64,000 bases of DNA from NCBI GenBank assembly GCA_050633245.1, contig JBOEGD010000030.1, positions 32,001-96,000 of the forward strand, written 5' to 3'. How positions within the stretch are numbered: position 1 is the first letter of the stretch; each line of letters begins with the position of its first letter. The translations under genes were made by a program, and so were the position numbers. Below the pieces are notes generated by a model. It was not told the origin of the DNA. It worked only from the letters and a program-made list of their open reading frames with translations, and ran no database searches. The DNA comes from Calditrichia bacterium. GTDB taxonomy: Bacteria > Calditrichota > Calditrichia > RBG-13-44-9 > J075. This document shows positions 19,500 through 29,434 of this stretch, in pieces.

Positions 19500-21008
19500 T
19501 TAAAATCCCTCGATTTCTGGTTGACGATAACGCAGCCAACGACTTTGCAAAACACGCAGCTCATAGGGTTTCCAAAACCAGTTTAGCTTATATCGCAAGT
19601 TCGATAACATTCGCATCGTTTTACGCTGGAAATCCGTCAGTTTAATATCTGAGGCAGTAGGATAATATGCATTCAGCACTGTCTCAAAATTCATGATCTT
19701 GTCGACCATTTCCGCAGTAAGCCAAGGAGTCATTGGGTTCTTACGCAAGTCAAAGTTCTCCCAGCGTGGATTAATCCAATCATCCAGCGTTTGTGGAAAC
19801 TCGAATCCGCTATCTTTAACGCTTTCGTAAAGTTCAGAGCCTTCGGTTGGAACCGGACTGTACACATATATTATTATCTCCGTTGCCGGATTTATTTCCT
19901 TTACTTCCTTAATGAAATTGATATCTTCATCAATTTGTTTCATTACCTGTTCCGGGGTGTCCCCCGGGGTACCTAAAACGAAAGAATATTCTGGTACAAT
20001 ATCAAACTTTGCCATTCGTGCTGCGAAGTCTTTAATCTGCTGTCCGGTTTGCGTTCCGCCTTTATTCATACGCTTAAGCACTTCATCGCTACCTGTTTCC
20101 GCACCAAAAAAGATCATTTTACAGCCAGCGTCACGCAGAATGGACAAAGATTCATCAGAGTATTTGCTCATTGTATCGATACGAGCTTCGCCCCACCAAA
20201 CCATATTTTCTGGTTGAATGAGCTTTGAAAAAGCTACAGTGCGCTTTTCTGATACAAAGAAATTGTTATCGTGAAACTCAATAGCATTCGCACCATAGTT
20301 GTCTTTTAAGAACTTTGCGTCATTATAAATACTCTCTGCGGACTTGCCACGCCAGCGAGCGTTGTAAATAGGAACAACTGCACAGAATGAACAGGTGAAC
20401 GGACAACCAACGCTGGAATGATAGGCCGCCGTCTTACTCCCCAAATAGGTATTGCCCAAATAGTCGTTCATGGAATATGTGGAATGCAGTTTTTTATAGG
20501 GTAAACGAGGCAACTTGTCCTGATCCAGCAGCGGCTCTTTGGGCGTACGGTGAAGGGTTCCATCTTTCAAAAAGATCAAATTCTGAATGTCTGCCGGGGA
20601 TTTACCTGCATCCAAGACTTCCAAGAGCGCGGGAAATGTAACGTCACCCGGGCCAGCGACCACGTAGTCGACATACCTGGATTCCAATACAACCTTACAT
20701 TGATTAGTAGCAAAATACCCGCCCCAAATAATAGTAATGTCCGGATAAGCTTGCCTAATGCGCTTTGTAAATGGAATCGCTTCTTTCAGCTGTTGTGCCG
20801 GCATCGTAGTACAGGCAAAGTATCGAAACTTACCGCTATCCAAATAAGTTGTCAGCGTTTGCCAGGGATCTGTTTCACGATTTCCATCGACAAAAACATA
20901 TTCGAAGCGGCCTTCCAATGCAGCTCCCAGTTGCAAAATAGTATTAGGAATTCGATATTTTGAATTTGCGCTGCGCGGATTAAAAAGGATTACACCGTTA
21001 TCAGACAT
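19500..21008 (-). CDS. B12-binding radical SAM protein
   Basis: N-terminal cobalamin-binding domain (IIWGGYF) and CPFTCSFC motif. Confidence 0.9.
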   Translation of the reverse strand: MSDNGVILFNPRSANSKYRIPNTILQLGAALEGRFEYVFVDGNRETDPWQTLTTYLDSGKFRYFACTTMPAQQLKEAIPFTKRIRQAYPDITIIWGGYFATNQCKVVLESRYVDYVVAGPGDVTFPALLEVLDAGKSPADIQNLIFLKDGTLHRTPKEPLLDQDKLPRLPYKKLHSTYSMNDYLGNTYLGSKTAAYHSSVGCPFTCSFCAVVPIYNARWRGKSAESIYNDAKFLKDNYGANAIEFHDNNFFVSEKRTVAFSKLIQPENMVWWGEARIDTMSKYSDESLSILRDAGCKMIFFGAETGSDEVLKRMNKGGTQTGQQIKDFAARMAKFDIVPEYSFVLGTPGDTPEQVMKQIDEDINFIKEVKEINPATEIIIYVYSPVPTEGSELYESVKDSGFEFPQTLDDWINPRWENFDLRKNPMTPWLTAEMVDKIMNFETVLNAYYPTASDIKLTDFQRKTMRMLSNLRYKLNWFWKPYELRVLQSRWLRYRQPEIEGF

Positions 21009-21183
21009 AGCTACTCATCCAATGCTAAAAATTTATGACAAAGTACATTACAGCTCTAATATTACAGATAACTGTTAAAAGAATAGTAGGATATATTTCA
21101 AAATATTCAAAACAAGGTCAATTTTAGTTGACGTTCAAAAAGAATCCGTTCTCAAAATTGCCATATTTTGATCAAATTCCTAT

Positions 21184-21211
21184 AAGACTGCTCCATTCTA
21201 ACAATGCTCCA
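21184..21211 (-). repeat. Single 28-bp REP-like repeat (reverse orientation)
   Basis: Exact reverse complement of 19311-19338. Confidence 0.85.
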
Positions 21212-21301
21212 ATGTTTTTCGGATTTCAGCGACAACATGCAAACAAGCAGATTTCACCAAGTATTGATCAGTTTGGAACGGACTGGAATAGTTTTGCTCA
21301 G

Positions 21302-21330
21302 AGTGGATCAGTTTTAAAAACTGCTCCACT
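21302..21330. repeat. REP-like palindrome, GGAGCAGTTT family
   Basis: AGTGGATCAGTTTT-A-AAAACTGCTCCACT; related to 33898 and 57395. Confidence 0.65.
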
Positions 21331-21528
21331 TTCCAAGAACCTATAAAACTGCGCCGTTCTATAAAAGCAAACTTTCATGTAAAAGTACCGTATCTCTTAA
21401 CACAGCACAAAGCGGGTATTTAGCGGTTGCAGATACGCACATTTTTTTTTACCTTTTTGAGTACATCAACCTGTTTGTGAACAGTCGTTGATACCCCGCG
21501 TGAGATGTGAATAACAGGAGCAAATCGC

Positions 21529-21972
21529 TTGAAAGAGTTTCATTTCAGCCAGGAAGATATTAACACAATCAGCAAGGTACTTGGTGTCGAACCTGTAAAG
21601 AGAGCCGACAACTATCGCTTTGTTATAGAAAACACCCCTGAGAAGCGCCAAATTTCTGTGGAAATTTATCCGGATATTCCCATCGGGGATGAGAACGGTA
21701 ACCTGATCTCAATCTATACCATGAACTCACATATTCAACTGCATTTTTGCACCGGCTTTATCCCAAGTGAATCGCTCGGCGAGGTCGTTTTCATTAGCGA
21801 ATACCAAGGTCGCGTTTCCGGACTCATTGTTGAAAAAGGCGCCGGTTGCTCACTTTATGCCAACTTAAACAACAGCATTCTCTCCGGAGATTTCACAAAA
21901 ATGGCTCCTGAAGTAATGATGTCCGGTATTGCCCTGTCGGTAGCAGAACACCTGATTCCCGACGCCGAGTAA
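21529..21972 (+). CDS. Hypothetical protein
   Basis: TTG start with SD AGGAG; 147 aa; abuts the next gene. Confidence 0.75.
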   Translation: MKEFHFSQEDINTISKVLGVEPVKRADNYRFVIENTPEKRQISVEIYPDIPIGDENGNLISIYTMNSHIQLHFCTGFIPSESLGEVVFISEYQGRVSGLIVEKGAGCSLYANLNNSILSGDFTKMAPEVMMSGIALSVAEHLIPDAE

Positions 21973-21974
21973 AC

Positions 21975-22598
21975 ATGAAAATCCACAAAATGACGCTCGG
22001 CCTCTTCGCGGTCAACAACTACCTCATTCATTCTGAGAACTCCCGCAAAGCTATTCTTATAGACGCTTGTGAAGACTATCCATCCATCCTGAATACGATT
22101 TCAGAAAACAATCTTGAACTCGTTTATTTAATAAACACACATGGCCACGCCGACCACATGGCCGGTAATCGCGCCATTCTTGAGGCAACCGGAGCAAAGC
22201 TGCTTGCGCATCCGAAGGCGGTATCCCTACTGCTCGATCCCAAACTAAATCTCTCGGTTATGATGACTCCGGTTACATCACCAGAACCTGACAGGCTTTT
22301 AGAAGAGGGCGACAGCGTTACTCTTGATGATATTCATCTTAATGTTCTGTTCACTCCCGGACACGCTCCCGGACATATTTCACTAATCGGCGATGGACTG
22401 GCATTCAGCGGCGACGTGATTTTCAATGGCTCTATTGGCCGAACAGACTTTCCCGGATGTTCCTACGCAGACCTTGAACGTAGCATTCGAGAAAAAATAT
22501 ACACGCTACCTGACGCTACTATTCTCTACAATGGACATGGGCCGGAAACAACAGTCGGACATGAAAAAGCAACCAATCCATTTGTCCGCCCAGAATAG
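21975..22598 (+). CDS. MBL-fold metallo-hydrolase (glyoxalase II/YcbL-like)
   Basis: THGHADH, TPGHAPGH, GDVIF..GRTD motifs. Confidence 0.9.
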   Translation: MKIHKMTLGLFAVNNYLIHSENSRKAILIDACEDYPSILNTISENNLELVYLINTHGHADHMAGNRAILEATGAKLLAHPKAVSLLLDPKLNLSVMMTPVTSPEPDRLLEEGDSVTLDDIHLNVLFTPGHAPGHISLIGDGLAFSGDVIFNGSIGRTDFPGCSYADLERSIREKIYTLPDATILYNGHGPETTVGHEKATNPFVRPE

Positions 22599-22622
22599 CA
22601 AAACGCTTCGGGAAACGTCCGC

Positions 22623-23519
22623 ATGGCTATTAACTGGAAACGCCAGACAGAGAACTTCTACAACTATCTGACTCTAGAAAAGAATCTTTCCCATAATACA
22701 CTCGTCTCGTATGAGAACGATTTAAAGCGCTACGTCGAATTTCTTGAAGAACACAAGATTGCAACGATTGAAGACGTGACTCCACGTTTTATTGAGAGCT
22801 TCACGATTCTACTGACCGATTTAGGCCTGTCTTCGAACAGTGTAGCACGCAATTTTTCTGCTATTCGCTCTTTTCATAAGTATTTAGTGCTGGAACGTCA
22901 AACCGAACGCGATCCCACAGAACTGCTGGAAACACCACGTCTGAGTCGGAAATTACCGGAAGTGCTCTCCATTGATACGGTTTTGGAAATTTTAGAGGCA
23001 CCAGACACCGAAAGTGACTTCGGGGTACGCGACAGAACAATGCTGGAGGTAATGTACGGCGCCGGACTGCGCGTTTCCGAAATAATAGCAATGCGAGTTG
23101 AGGGAATTCTTTTTGACGATGATTTATTAAGAATTGTTGGGAAGGGTAATAAAGAGCGTATTGTGCCGATTGGCGAGCAAGGCATGGCATGGTTAAGACG
23201 TTATGTGATTGAAGTACGGCCGGGAATGACAAAGGGTCTTGGAAGCCACGTGTTCTTAAACCGCTTCGGTCGGTCGCTTTCGCGGATGGGCGTTTGGAAC
23301 ATTGTCAGGAAGTACGCGCTGGAAGCAGCTGTTTCCCAACGCGTATATCCACATATTTTTCGCCACTCCTTTGCCACTCATCTGCTGGAAAATGGTGCAG
23401 ACTTGCGAGCCGTTCAGGAAATGCTTGGCCACTCGGATATTTCCACGACGCAAATCTATACGCATGTGTCCCAAAGCTACCTAAAGCAAATCTATAAGGA
23501 TTTTCACCCCAGAGGCTAG
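22623..23519 (+). CDS. xerD: Site-specific tyrosine recombinase XerD
   Basis: GLRVSE, GKGNKERIVP, HIFRHSFATHLL, LGHSDISTTQIYTHV. Confidence 0.9.
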   Translation: MAINWKRQTENFYNYLTLEKNLSHNTLVSYENDLKRYVEFLEEHKIATIEDVTPRFIESFTILLTDLGLSSNSVARNFSAIRSFHKYLVLERQTERDPTELLETPRLSRKLPEVLSIDTVLEILEAPDTESDFGVRDRTMLEVMYGAGLRVSEIIAMRVEGILFDDDLLRIVGKGNKERIVPIGEQGMAWLRRYVIEVRPGMTKGLGSHVFLNRFGRSLSRMGVWNIVRKYALEAAVSQRVYPHIFRHSFATHLLENGADLRAVQEMLGHSDISTTQIYTHVSQSYLKQIYKDFHPRG

Positions 23520-23533
23520 CAAATTAGAGCGCC

Positions 23534-23743
23534 TTACTTTTCAGAGACCGGGCAGGTATTTAAACCAACTACTGCATACAGAGGACAAAAGTTAACAACG
23601 CTGGTTACAACTAGTACACCGGCAAATACAATTCCAACAAGTCCGACCATTCCGGTAATCGTATTCGTAAAATAAAGTGCTACAATTATTGCTGCTGCTA
23701 CGAGCCGCACAATTTTATCGGTAGATCCAACATTCTTCTTCAT
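23534..23743 (-). CDS. DUF2892/YgaP-like small membrane protein
   Basis: MKKNVGSTDKIVR...FCPLY..GLNTC; SD GAGG. Confidence 0.88.
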   Translation of the reverse strand: MKKNVGSTDKIVRLVAAAIIVALYFTNTITGMVGLVGIVFAGVLVVTSVVNFCPLYAVVGLNTCPVSEK

Positions 23744-23902
23744 AGTAAAAGTCCTCACTTTAGTTTAATACGTACTGCAGAAAAGAAACGATTGCATAAA
23801 CAATTCCCAAACAAAGCACGCAAACCAAAAGCAGCTTGGAAAGGATTTTTTTGTTCATGTTAAATCGCCACTTGCTTTGATTAATAGTGCTTATCTATGG
23901 GA

Positions 23903-23944
23903 AATCTAACTAAAGTGGGGATAAAAACAGTGTAACCTTGTTAC
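23903..23944 (-). promoter_or_regulatory. Promoter with a GTAAC-N3-GTTAC palindrome centred near -42
   Basis: Palindrome at 23932-23944; -10 TAGATT at 23908-23903; no good -35. Confidence 0.5.
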
Positions 23945-24607
23945 CTAACGATCACTTTTACATAGGTTCTTTAATACCGCTCGATCAACAATGGTTATCT
24001 TTCCACGTTGCTGCCGCACAATCCCAGCCTTGGAAAACTGCTCAAGAACCCGACTGATTGCAACCCGCGAGGAGCCTAATTCACGGGCAAGCTCTGCATG
24101 CGTCACTTCAACCACCATATTTGTTGGCTGCATCAATGAAAGCAGATAATGCGCGATTCGCGAATCGAGACGTTGAAACGCTATTTTTTCCAGCGTTGTT
24201 AAAATTTCGGTTAGCCGAACAGACATGCTGGCAAACAAAAATTCACGCCATACATCATACCGGGCAACCCAATCGCGTAATAAGTCGGCGGGGATTAGCA
24301 CAGCCTGAACGTCCGATTCTGCTGTTGCAAAAGCGGGAAACATGTTGTGGCTTAACAGACAGAATCCCGTAAGAATACAGCTCTGCTGCCTGGTAACATG
24401 ATAGAGCGTGATTTCCCGCTCGGTATCGCCGGGCTTATAGACGCGAATATTTCCAGATATCACAATAAAAAAGTGCGTGCAGCTGCCGCCTTCATAAGCC
24501 AAAATTTCACCGGCCTTCCAGGACATTGAAATAGAATTTTTTTCGAAAAGTTCGACGATGTTATCAGGGGCGTTTTGGAGGAACTGTGGTAAAAATGCCG
24601 TGTCCAT
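23945..24607 (-). CDS. Crp/Fnr family transcriptional regulator
   Basis: cNMP-like domain (REITLY..SCILT) and HTH THAELARELGSSRVAISR. Confidence 0.9.
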   Translation of the reverse strand: MDTAFLPQFLQNAPDNIVELFEKNSISMSWKAGEILAYEGGSCTHFFIVISGNIRVYKPGDTEREITLYHVTRQQSCILTGFCLLSHNMFPAFATAESDVQAVLIPADLLRDWVARYDVWREFLFASMSVRLTEILTTLEKIAFQRLDSRIAHYLLSLMQPTNMVVEVTHAELARELGSSRVAISRVLEQFSKAGIVRQQRGKITIVDRAVLKNLCKSDR

Positions 24608-24619
24608 AGGTCATTCTCT

Positions 24620-26335
24620 TCAACTTTGGTTCTGTTTTTCAGACTGTTTCTGAAAATAAGCAACCGCTTCCTGCTTACTATAAAAGAATTTCTCTTCACC
24701 AAGTTTTTTAAAGAAACCAGATCGCTGCATTACGTCGCGCACCTGACCACGCACATTACTAAACCACAAGTCTATGCCTTTATTTGCCAAGGTATCTGCA
24801 ATATCATGCAGTGCAGCCGCGGCGGAAGAATCCAGATCGCTGATGCCACCACCATCAAATAAAAATATTTTTGCATCGCTATGCGTTGCCAGACAGCGTT
24901 CCAGCCTATCTCGCAGGTAAGAAATATTCGCAAAATAGAGCGCGGCATCTATGCGAAAAATAATCAATCCGTCAAATTCTTTTGCTTCCTGAAATCGTTC
25001 AATATTGCGATACACTTCCGTCCCGGGAATCCGACCCAGCGTCGCTGTAAAGGGATGCACCGATCGATGGATCACAATTACAAGTGAAGCAAGAATGCTT
25101 AATAAGATACCAACATCAACACCTAAAACCAATGTCGAGACGAATGCAAATGCGAGCACCAGAAAATCTGAACGACGCACTCGATAAATCTGTAGCGCAG
25201 CACGATAGTCGATAAGTCCACTTACTGCAACAATAATGATAGCTGCCAATGCGACCTTCGGCAGATAATAAAACAGCGGCGTTAAAACCAAAAGCGTCAG
25301 AGCAATAACCGCGGCAGTTATAATTGCCGATACCGACGTTTTAGCACCGGCATCAGCATTTACTGCACTGCGCGAAAAACCACCAGCCACTGGAAAGCCC
25401 TGAAAGAAACCTGCTGCCAGATTAGCCAGGCCAAGTCCAATCAACTCCTGATTTGCATCAATTTCATCACGCTGCGAAACAGCAAGTCTTTTTGCCATTG
25501 CTATCGAGGCCATATAGCCAATAAGCGCAATTGTAATTGCAGACGTCAATAAACTCTGTATTACGACAAGCGTCAACTCTGGAAGCGCAAATGTGGGTAA
25601 TCCTTCCGGAACAGTGCCGACAATTTTTACCCCCTGCTCCTGTAGCTGAAAGATGCTAACGGCAAAGATTCCCAGTAGAACAACCAGTAAGGCTCCGGGA
25701 AAACGTTTTCTTATTTTTGAAAAGGCAAGAATGGCAATGCAAGATATTCCTAAAAGAAGAGTAAGAAAATGCGTTTGGCTTAAATGTATAATCACGTACC
25801 ACAACGTCTTATAGAAACGTGGCTCTGAGGGTGTTGAAAAACCAAAAACATGCTGAAGTTGATTGACTGCAATAATAAGCGCGGCAGCCGAGGTAAATCC
25901 ACTAATCACGGGGTGGGACAAAAAATTGACTAAATAACCAAGTCGTGCAATTCCCATCAGCAACTGAACTGCACCAACCATTAGGGCCAGAATAAGAGTT
26001 AGCGCAAGATATTCAGCAGTTCCGGTCTCCGCATGCTTACTAACACCGGCGTAAACGAATAAGGCAACAAGTGCTACCGGCCCGACAGAAAGATGCCGCG
26101 ATGTTCCCATCAATGCATACACGATCATCGGAAGGGTTGAAGCATAAAGCCCCACAATCGGCGGCAAACCTGCCAACAATGCCAGTGCCATACCTTGCGG
26201 GATGAGCATTATGGCGACGGTTACTCCTGAAAACGCGTCGCTGCGCAAATGTTGAAGCGAATAGTTCGGAAGCCATCTCAGGAAGGGGAATAATGATTTC
26301 AGAAGCGTCTGGCGCTTTGCATCCGGTTGTTTCAG
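24620..26335 (-). CDS. SulP/SLC26 anion transporter with STAS domain (probable CTG start at 26335)
   Basis: IPQGMA..GLY, GGFSRSAVN and STAS domain. The family N-terminal motif FPFLRWLPNY lies in frame upstream of the TTG at 26248. Confidence 0.85.
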   Translation of the reverse strand: MKQPDAKRQTLLKSLFPFLRWLPNYSLQHLRSDAFSGVTVAIMLIPQGMALALLAGLPPIVGLYASTLPMIVYALMGTSRHLSVGPVALVALFVYAGVSKHAETGTAEYLALTLILALMVGAVQLLMGIARLGYLVNFLSHPVISGFTSAAALIIAVNQLQHVFGFSTPSEPRFYKTLWYVIIHLSQTHFLTLLLGISCIAILAFSKIRKRFPGALLVVLLGIFAVSIFQLQEQGVKIVGTVPEGLPTFALPELTLVVIQSLLTSAITIALIGYMASIAMAKRLAVSQRDEIDANQELIGLGLANLAAGFFQGFPVAGGFSRSAVNADAGAKTSVSAIITAAVIALTLLVLTPLFYYLPKVALAAIIIVAVSGLIDYRAALQIYRVRRSDFLVLAFAFVSTLVLGVDVGILLSILASLVIVIHRSVHPFTATLGRIPGTEVYRNIERFQEAKEFDGLIIFRIDAALYFANISYLRDRLERCLATHSDAKIFLFDGGGISDLDSSAAAALHDIADTLANKGIDLWFSNVRGQVRDVMQRSGFFKKLGEEKFFYSKQEAVAYFQKQSEKQNQS

Positions 26336-26757
26336 ACCGCAACCTTATCGCTTTTCATTTTGTACTGCCTTAAGCCGAAAAGAAACGTACCAAAAGCGAT
26401 CCCGCCGATGGTAAACAGTGCTCCCAGCTTTCCCTCACCGAGCATTGCCAGAACGGTTCCGGGACACGCTCCGGCTAAGCCCCAACCGGCCCCCATAATA
26501 AGCGAGCCCGGGATTAAGCTTTGCTTGTAAGGTTTTCCTTCGAAGCTTAACGGCTTGTTATCTACAACGGCACTCCACGCTTGCTTTTTAAGTAGCCCCT
26601 TGCCGATAGCGCCAACTGTAGCAGCAGCAGCAATAACCCACATCAGCTGAAAGTTCTCAAATAAAAAAAGCTGTGCATAAAAATCGTATGTTGTGGCACC
26701 GGCACGGCTCAACAAGAAACCGAATAAAATACCCATGCCCAGGAATCCAAATTTCAT
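26332..26757 (-). CDS. YeeE/YedE family sulfur-compound transporter subunit
   Basis: GWGLAGACPG motif; ATG at 26757 with GGAG SD. Confidence 0.85.
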   Translation of the reverse strand: MKFGFLGMGILFGFLLSRAGATTYDFYAQLFLFENFQLMWVIAAAATVGAIGKGLLKKQAWSAVVDNKPLSFEGKPYKQSLIPGSLIMGAGWGLAGACPGTVLAMLGEGKLGALFTIGGIAFGTFLFGLRQYKMKSDKVAV

Positions 26758-26770
26758 TGTATTCACTCCG

Positions 26771-27265
26771 TTACATCACATTAAATAGAAGTTGAACTAT
26801 TACGATACCGCCCACAAAGAACCCGGCTGAGGCTAAAAAGCTTGGCGGGTTAAGCAAAGACATGCCGGCAATTGAGTGTCCGCTCGGACAACCACCAGCG
26901 AGACGAGCTCCAAGTCCGATCAGTGTACCACCGGCAAACAGCACCGCCCCTTTTGCCCACAGGGCTTGCGGCAAAACAGATTCGTACATCGCACCCATGT
27001 TAAAGCTGAGTTCTATTCCTCCCGGAGAAGTGAGCGCAGCAAGTAAGCCACCTAAAGGAAGCCCAACAATAAACCATAAACGCCAGTCAGTGGAATCCGT
27101 AAAAGAGCCCTTCCGAAAAAAAGGATGATTTGTAACCATTCCACATAGGTTTCCATAAGCAGAGGAAACACCTAATGCTTTTCCGGTTACAGCATATTGA
27201 AAAATAGCATACAAGCCGATGGCAATTCCGCCAACCCAACCCGGCCATACAATAACTTCGGTCAT
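26771..27265 (-). CDS. YeeE/YedE family sulfur-compound transporter subunit
   Basis: GARLAGGCPSGH motif. Confidence 0.88.
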   Translation of the reverse strand: MTEVIVWPGWVGGIAIGLYAIFQYAVTGKALGVSSAYGNLCGMVTNHPFFRKGSFTDSTDWRLWFIVGLPLGGLLAALTSPGGIELSFNMGAMYESVLPQALWAKGAVLFAGGTLIGLGARLAGGCPSGHSIAGMSLLNPPSFLASAGFFVGGIVIVQLLFNVM

Positions 27266-27280
27266 TTCATAATCCTCGTT

Positions 27281-28705
27281 CTAAACAATAATTCCATCAG
27301 CTTTTGCCCAGGCCAGAAATCCGCCATCCAATTGCACAGCTTTATAGCCTTTGCTTGCCAAAAGTCCAACCGCATAAGATGAACGGACGCCCGATCGGCA
27401 GTGAACCCAAATTTCGCGATCATTCGGTATTTTATCCAGGTGATCCAGCAGACGAGTATGCGCGATATTTAACGTCCCGGCTAAATGGCCTTCCTCATAT
27501 TCGTCCGGGCGACGCACGTCTAAAACGAGCAGCGGGTCATTGGTAGGGCAATTTTTAAGATCGGTCATGGGACGACAGGTAATTTGCTCCGTTGCTGTGC
27601 TCGAAGCGGCCAATTCTGCAGGCGTCGCATAACCAACCACATTGTCCAGACCAATGCGAACCAGATCCAGCACCAGCGATTCAATTTGATCATCTTCAGC
27701 AATAAGAAACAGATCCTGCTTTTCTTCTGCATAAGACCCGGAAACCGGGGAAAATGCTTTTCCAAATGGCGTAAACAAAGCTCCGGGAAGATGGCCTTCA
27801 ACGTAAGACGTCCATGCGCGCGTATCCAGAATGGCTGCGCCGTTTTTATTGGCTTGAATAATATCTGAGACAGATGTTTTTGCGGGCTTCGGCAGATCAC
27901 CCAGAATTGCTGGTCCCATTTTATTTTGCTGCTTCATCCGACCGAAATATAGCGGCGGCGCTGGCTGTCCGGTTGTAATCGCTTTTACAAAGCTATCCTC
28001 ACCGCTGGTAAAGTTAACGGAAGCATTGAAGCGCTTCTCGTATCCTACCGTACTCTGCGGTACAGCGCCAAGAGCTTTTCCACAGGCACTTCCGGCACCA
28101 TGCCCTGGCCAGAGCTGCAAATAATCTGGTAAATGTTTAAACTCCTGAATAGACTGATATAGCGTTTTAGCGGAGTCTTCCTGAGTTCCAACGATTCCGG
28201 CAGCCGTCTCCAGCAGGTCAGGACGTCCCACATCGCCGACGAAAACAAAATCTCCGCTGGCAATTCCCATCGGCTCGGCAATGCCGCTTCCCTTATCGGT
28301 TACCAAAAAGCTGATATGCTCCGGCGTATGTCCGGGAGTATGCAGCGTTTTGAACTCAATATTGCCAATCATAAAGGTGTCGTTGTGCTTTAGCAGCTGA
28401 TGCTCATAACTACCGCCGCCGGACTTACTGTTCAACCACAAATATTTCCAGTCGGCATCACCTTCATCTGAAACATAGACTTTCGCCCCGATACGTTCCG
28501 CAAGCTCACGTGCTCCGGAAAGAAAGTCTGCATGGATATGCGTCTCGGTTACTGCGGTAATTTTCAATTTTTCCTGAGCGGCAACATCAATATAACGATC
28601 CACGTCGCGCTGAGGGTCAATTACAATCGCCTCACCTGTTTTCTGACAGCCGATTAAATATGCAGCCTGCGCCAGATGTTCGTCAAAAAGCATGCGAAAA
28701 AACAT
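27281..28705 (-). CDS. Persulfide dioxygenase-rhodanese fusion (CstB-like MBL plus two rhodanese domains)
   Basis: ETHIHADF, GDVGRPDL, PGHGAGSACG and C-terminal rhodanese HCRSGVRS. Confidence 0.88.
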   Translation of the reverse strand: MFFRMLFDEHLAQAAYLIGCQKTGEAIVIDPQRDVDRYIDVAAQEKLKITAVTETHIHADFLSGARELAERIGAKVYVSDEGDADWKYLWLNSKSGGGSYEHQLLKHNDTFMIGNIEFKTLHTPGHTPEHISFLVTDKGSGIAEPMGIASGDFVFVGDVGRPDLLETAAGIVGTQEDSAKTLYQSIQEFKHLPDYLQLWPGHGAGSACGKALGAVPQSTVGYEKRFNASVNFTSGEDSFVKAITTGQPAPPLYFGRMKQQNKMGPAILGDLPKPAKTSVSDIIQANKNGAAILDTRAWTSYVEGHLPGALFTPFGKAFSPVSGSYAEEKQDLFLIAEDDQIESLVLDLVRIGLDNVVGYATPAELAASSTATEQITCRPMTDLKNCPTNDPLLVLDVRRPDEYEEGHLAGTLNIAHTRLLDHLDKIPNDREIWVHCRSGVRSSYAVGLLASKGYKAVQLDGGFLAWAKADGIIV

Positions 28706-28744
28706 GAGGGATCCTCCGATAGAAGTAGTGTCAACCAAAACAAT

Positions 28745-28871
28745 ATAACTTTCAGAGAATATAATACGCTATTTCAAAAAAGTCAACAGACAGAACAAAA
28801 TCGTCCTAAATCGGGTTTGATCGCATCAAAAAAACTGTTTTTTCTGCTTTGAAACATTCCTCTGAAGGAAT
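28745..28871. promoter_or_regulatory. Two ArsR-type operator candidates in the divergent promoter region
   Basis: ATTC-N8-GAAT at 28856-28871 and a related site ATAA-N8-GAAT at 28745-28760. Confidence 0.5.
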
Positions 28872-28908
28872 ATATTGATATGGTAAACGCCAAAAAGAGG
28901 CTCTGAAG

Positions 28909-29229
28909 ATGTCTAAACTTGTTCCCTCCCACCTTCTTGAACGCGCTGCTAAGCGATTTCGCATTCTGAGCGAACCGCTTCGCCTGCAAATCCTGAATAT
29001 GCTTATGGTTGAATCTGAAATGAGCGTCATGGAATTGGTTGACGCAACCGGTCAACAGCAGGCAAACATCAGTAAACATCTGGCATTACTCGCCAATGAA
29101 CAGATCCTCGCCCGGCGCAAAGACGGCGTGAAAGTCTACTATAGCCTGGATGATCCGAGTATTCATGGGATTTGCACATTGGTATGCGGGCAGCTCGAAC
29201 AACTACAGAATACAGAAGCGACAAGGTGA
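28909..29229 (+). CDS. ArsR/SmtB family repressor with C-terminal CxxxC
   Basis: LSEPLRLQIL..QANISKHL..L...RKDG..VYYSL, then ICTLVC. Confidence 0.9.
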   Translation: MSKLVPSHLLERAAKRFRILSEPLRLQILNMLMVESEMSVMELVDATGQQQANISKHLALLANEQILARRKDGVKVYYSLDDPSIHGICTLVCGQLEQLQNTEATR

Positions 29230-29434
29230 GTGGGTGATGTGAGTAGCGCCGACCGATGTGCAACGCAGAGAATGGAATACCGCAAAGAAACAACTAAATT
29301 GGTGCAATTTCCTACAATACGATGTTGAATTTAGTTGGGAATAGTGATAATACAACGCGACGGGACTTCGACAAGATTTAGCCTAATTCATTTTTCGGTT
29401 ACAATTACCAAAACCCCGACACGGAAACTAGAAA

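Noticed and set aside
22623-23870. XerD as a prophage/island integrase; dif-like CATGTTAAAT near 23856
   Set aside because: The protein looks like housekeeping XerD in an operon, with no att repeats or phage genes. The dif-like string has no plausible XerC arm.
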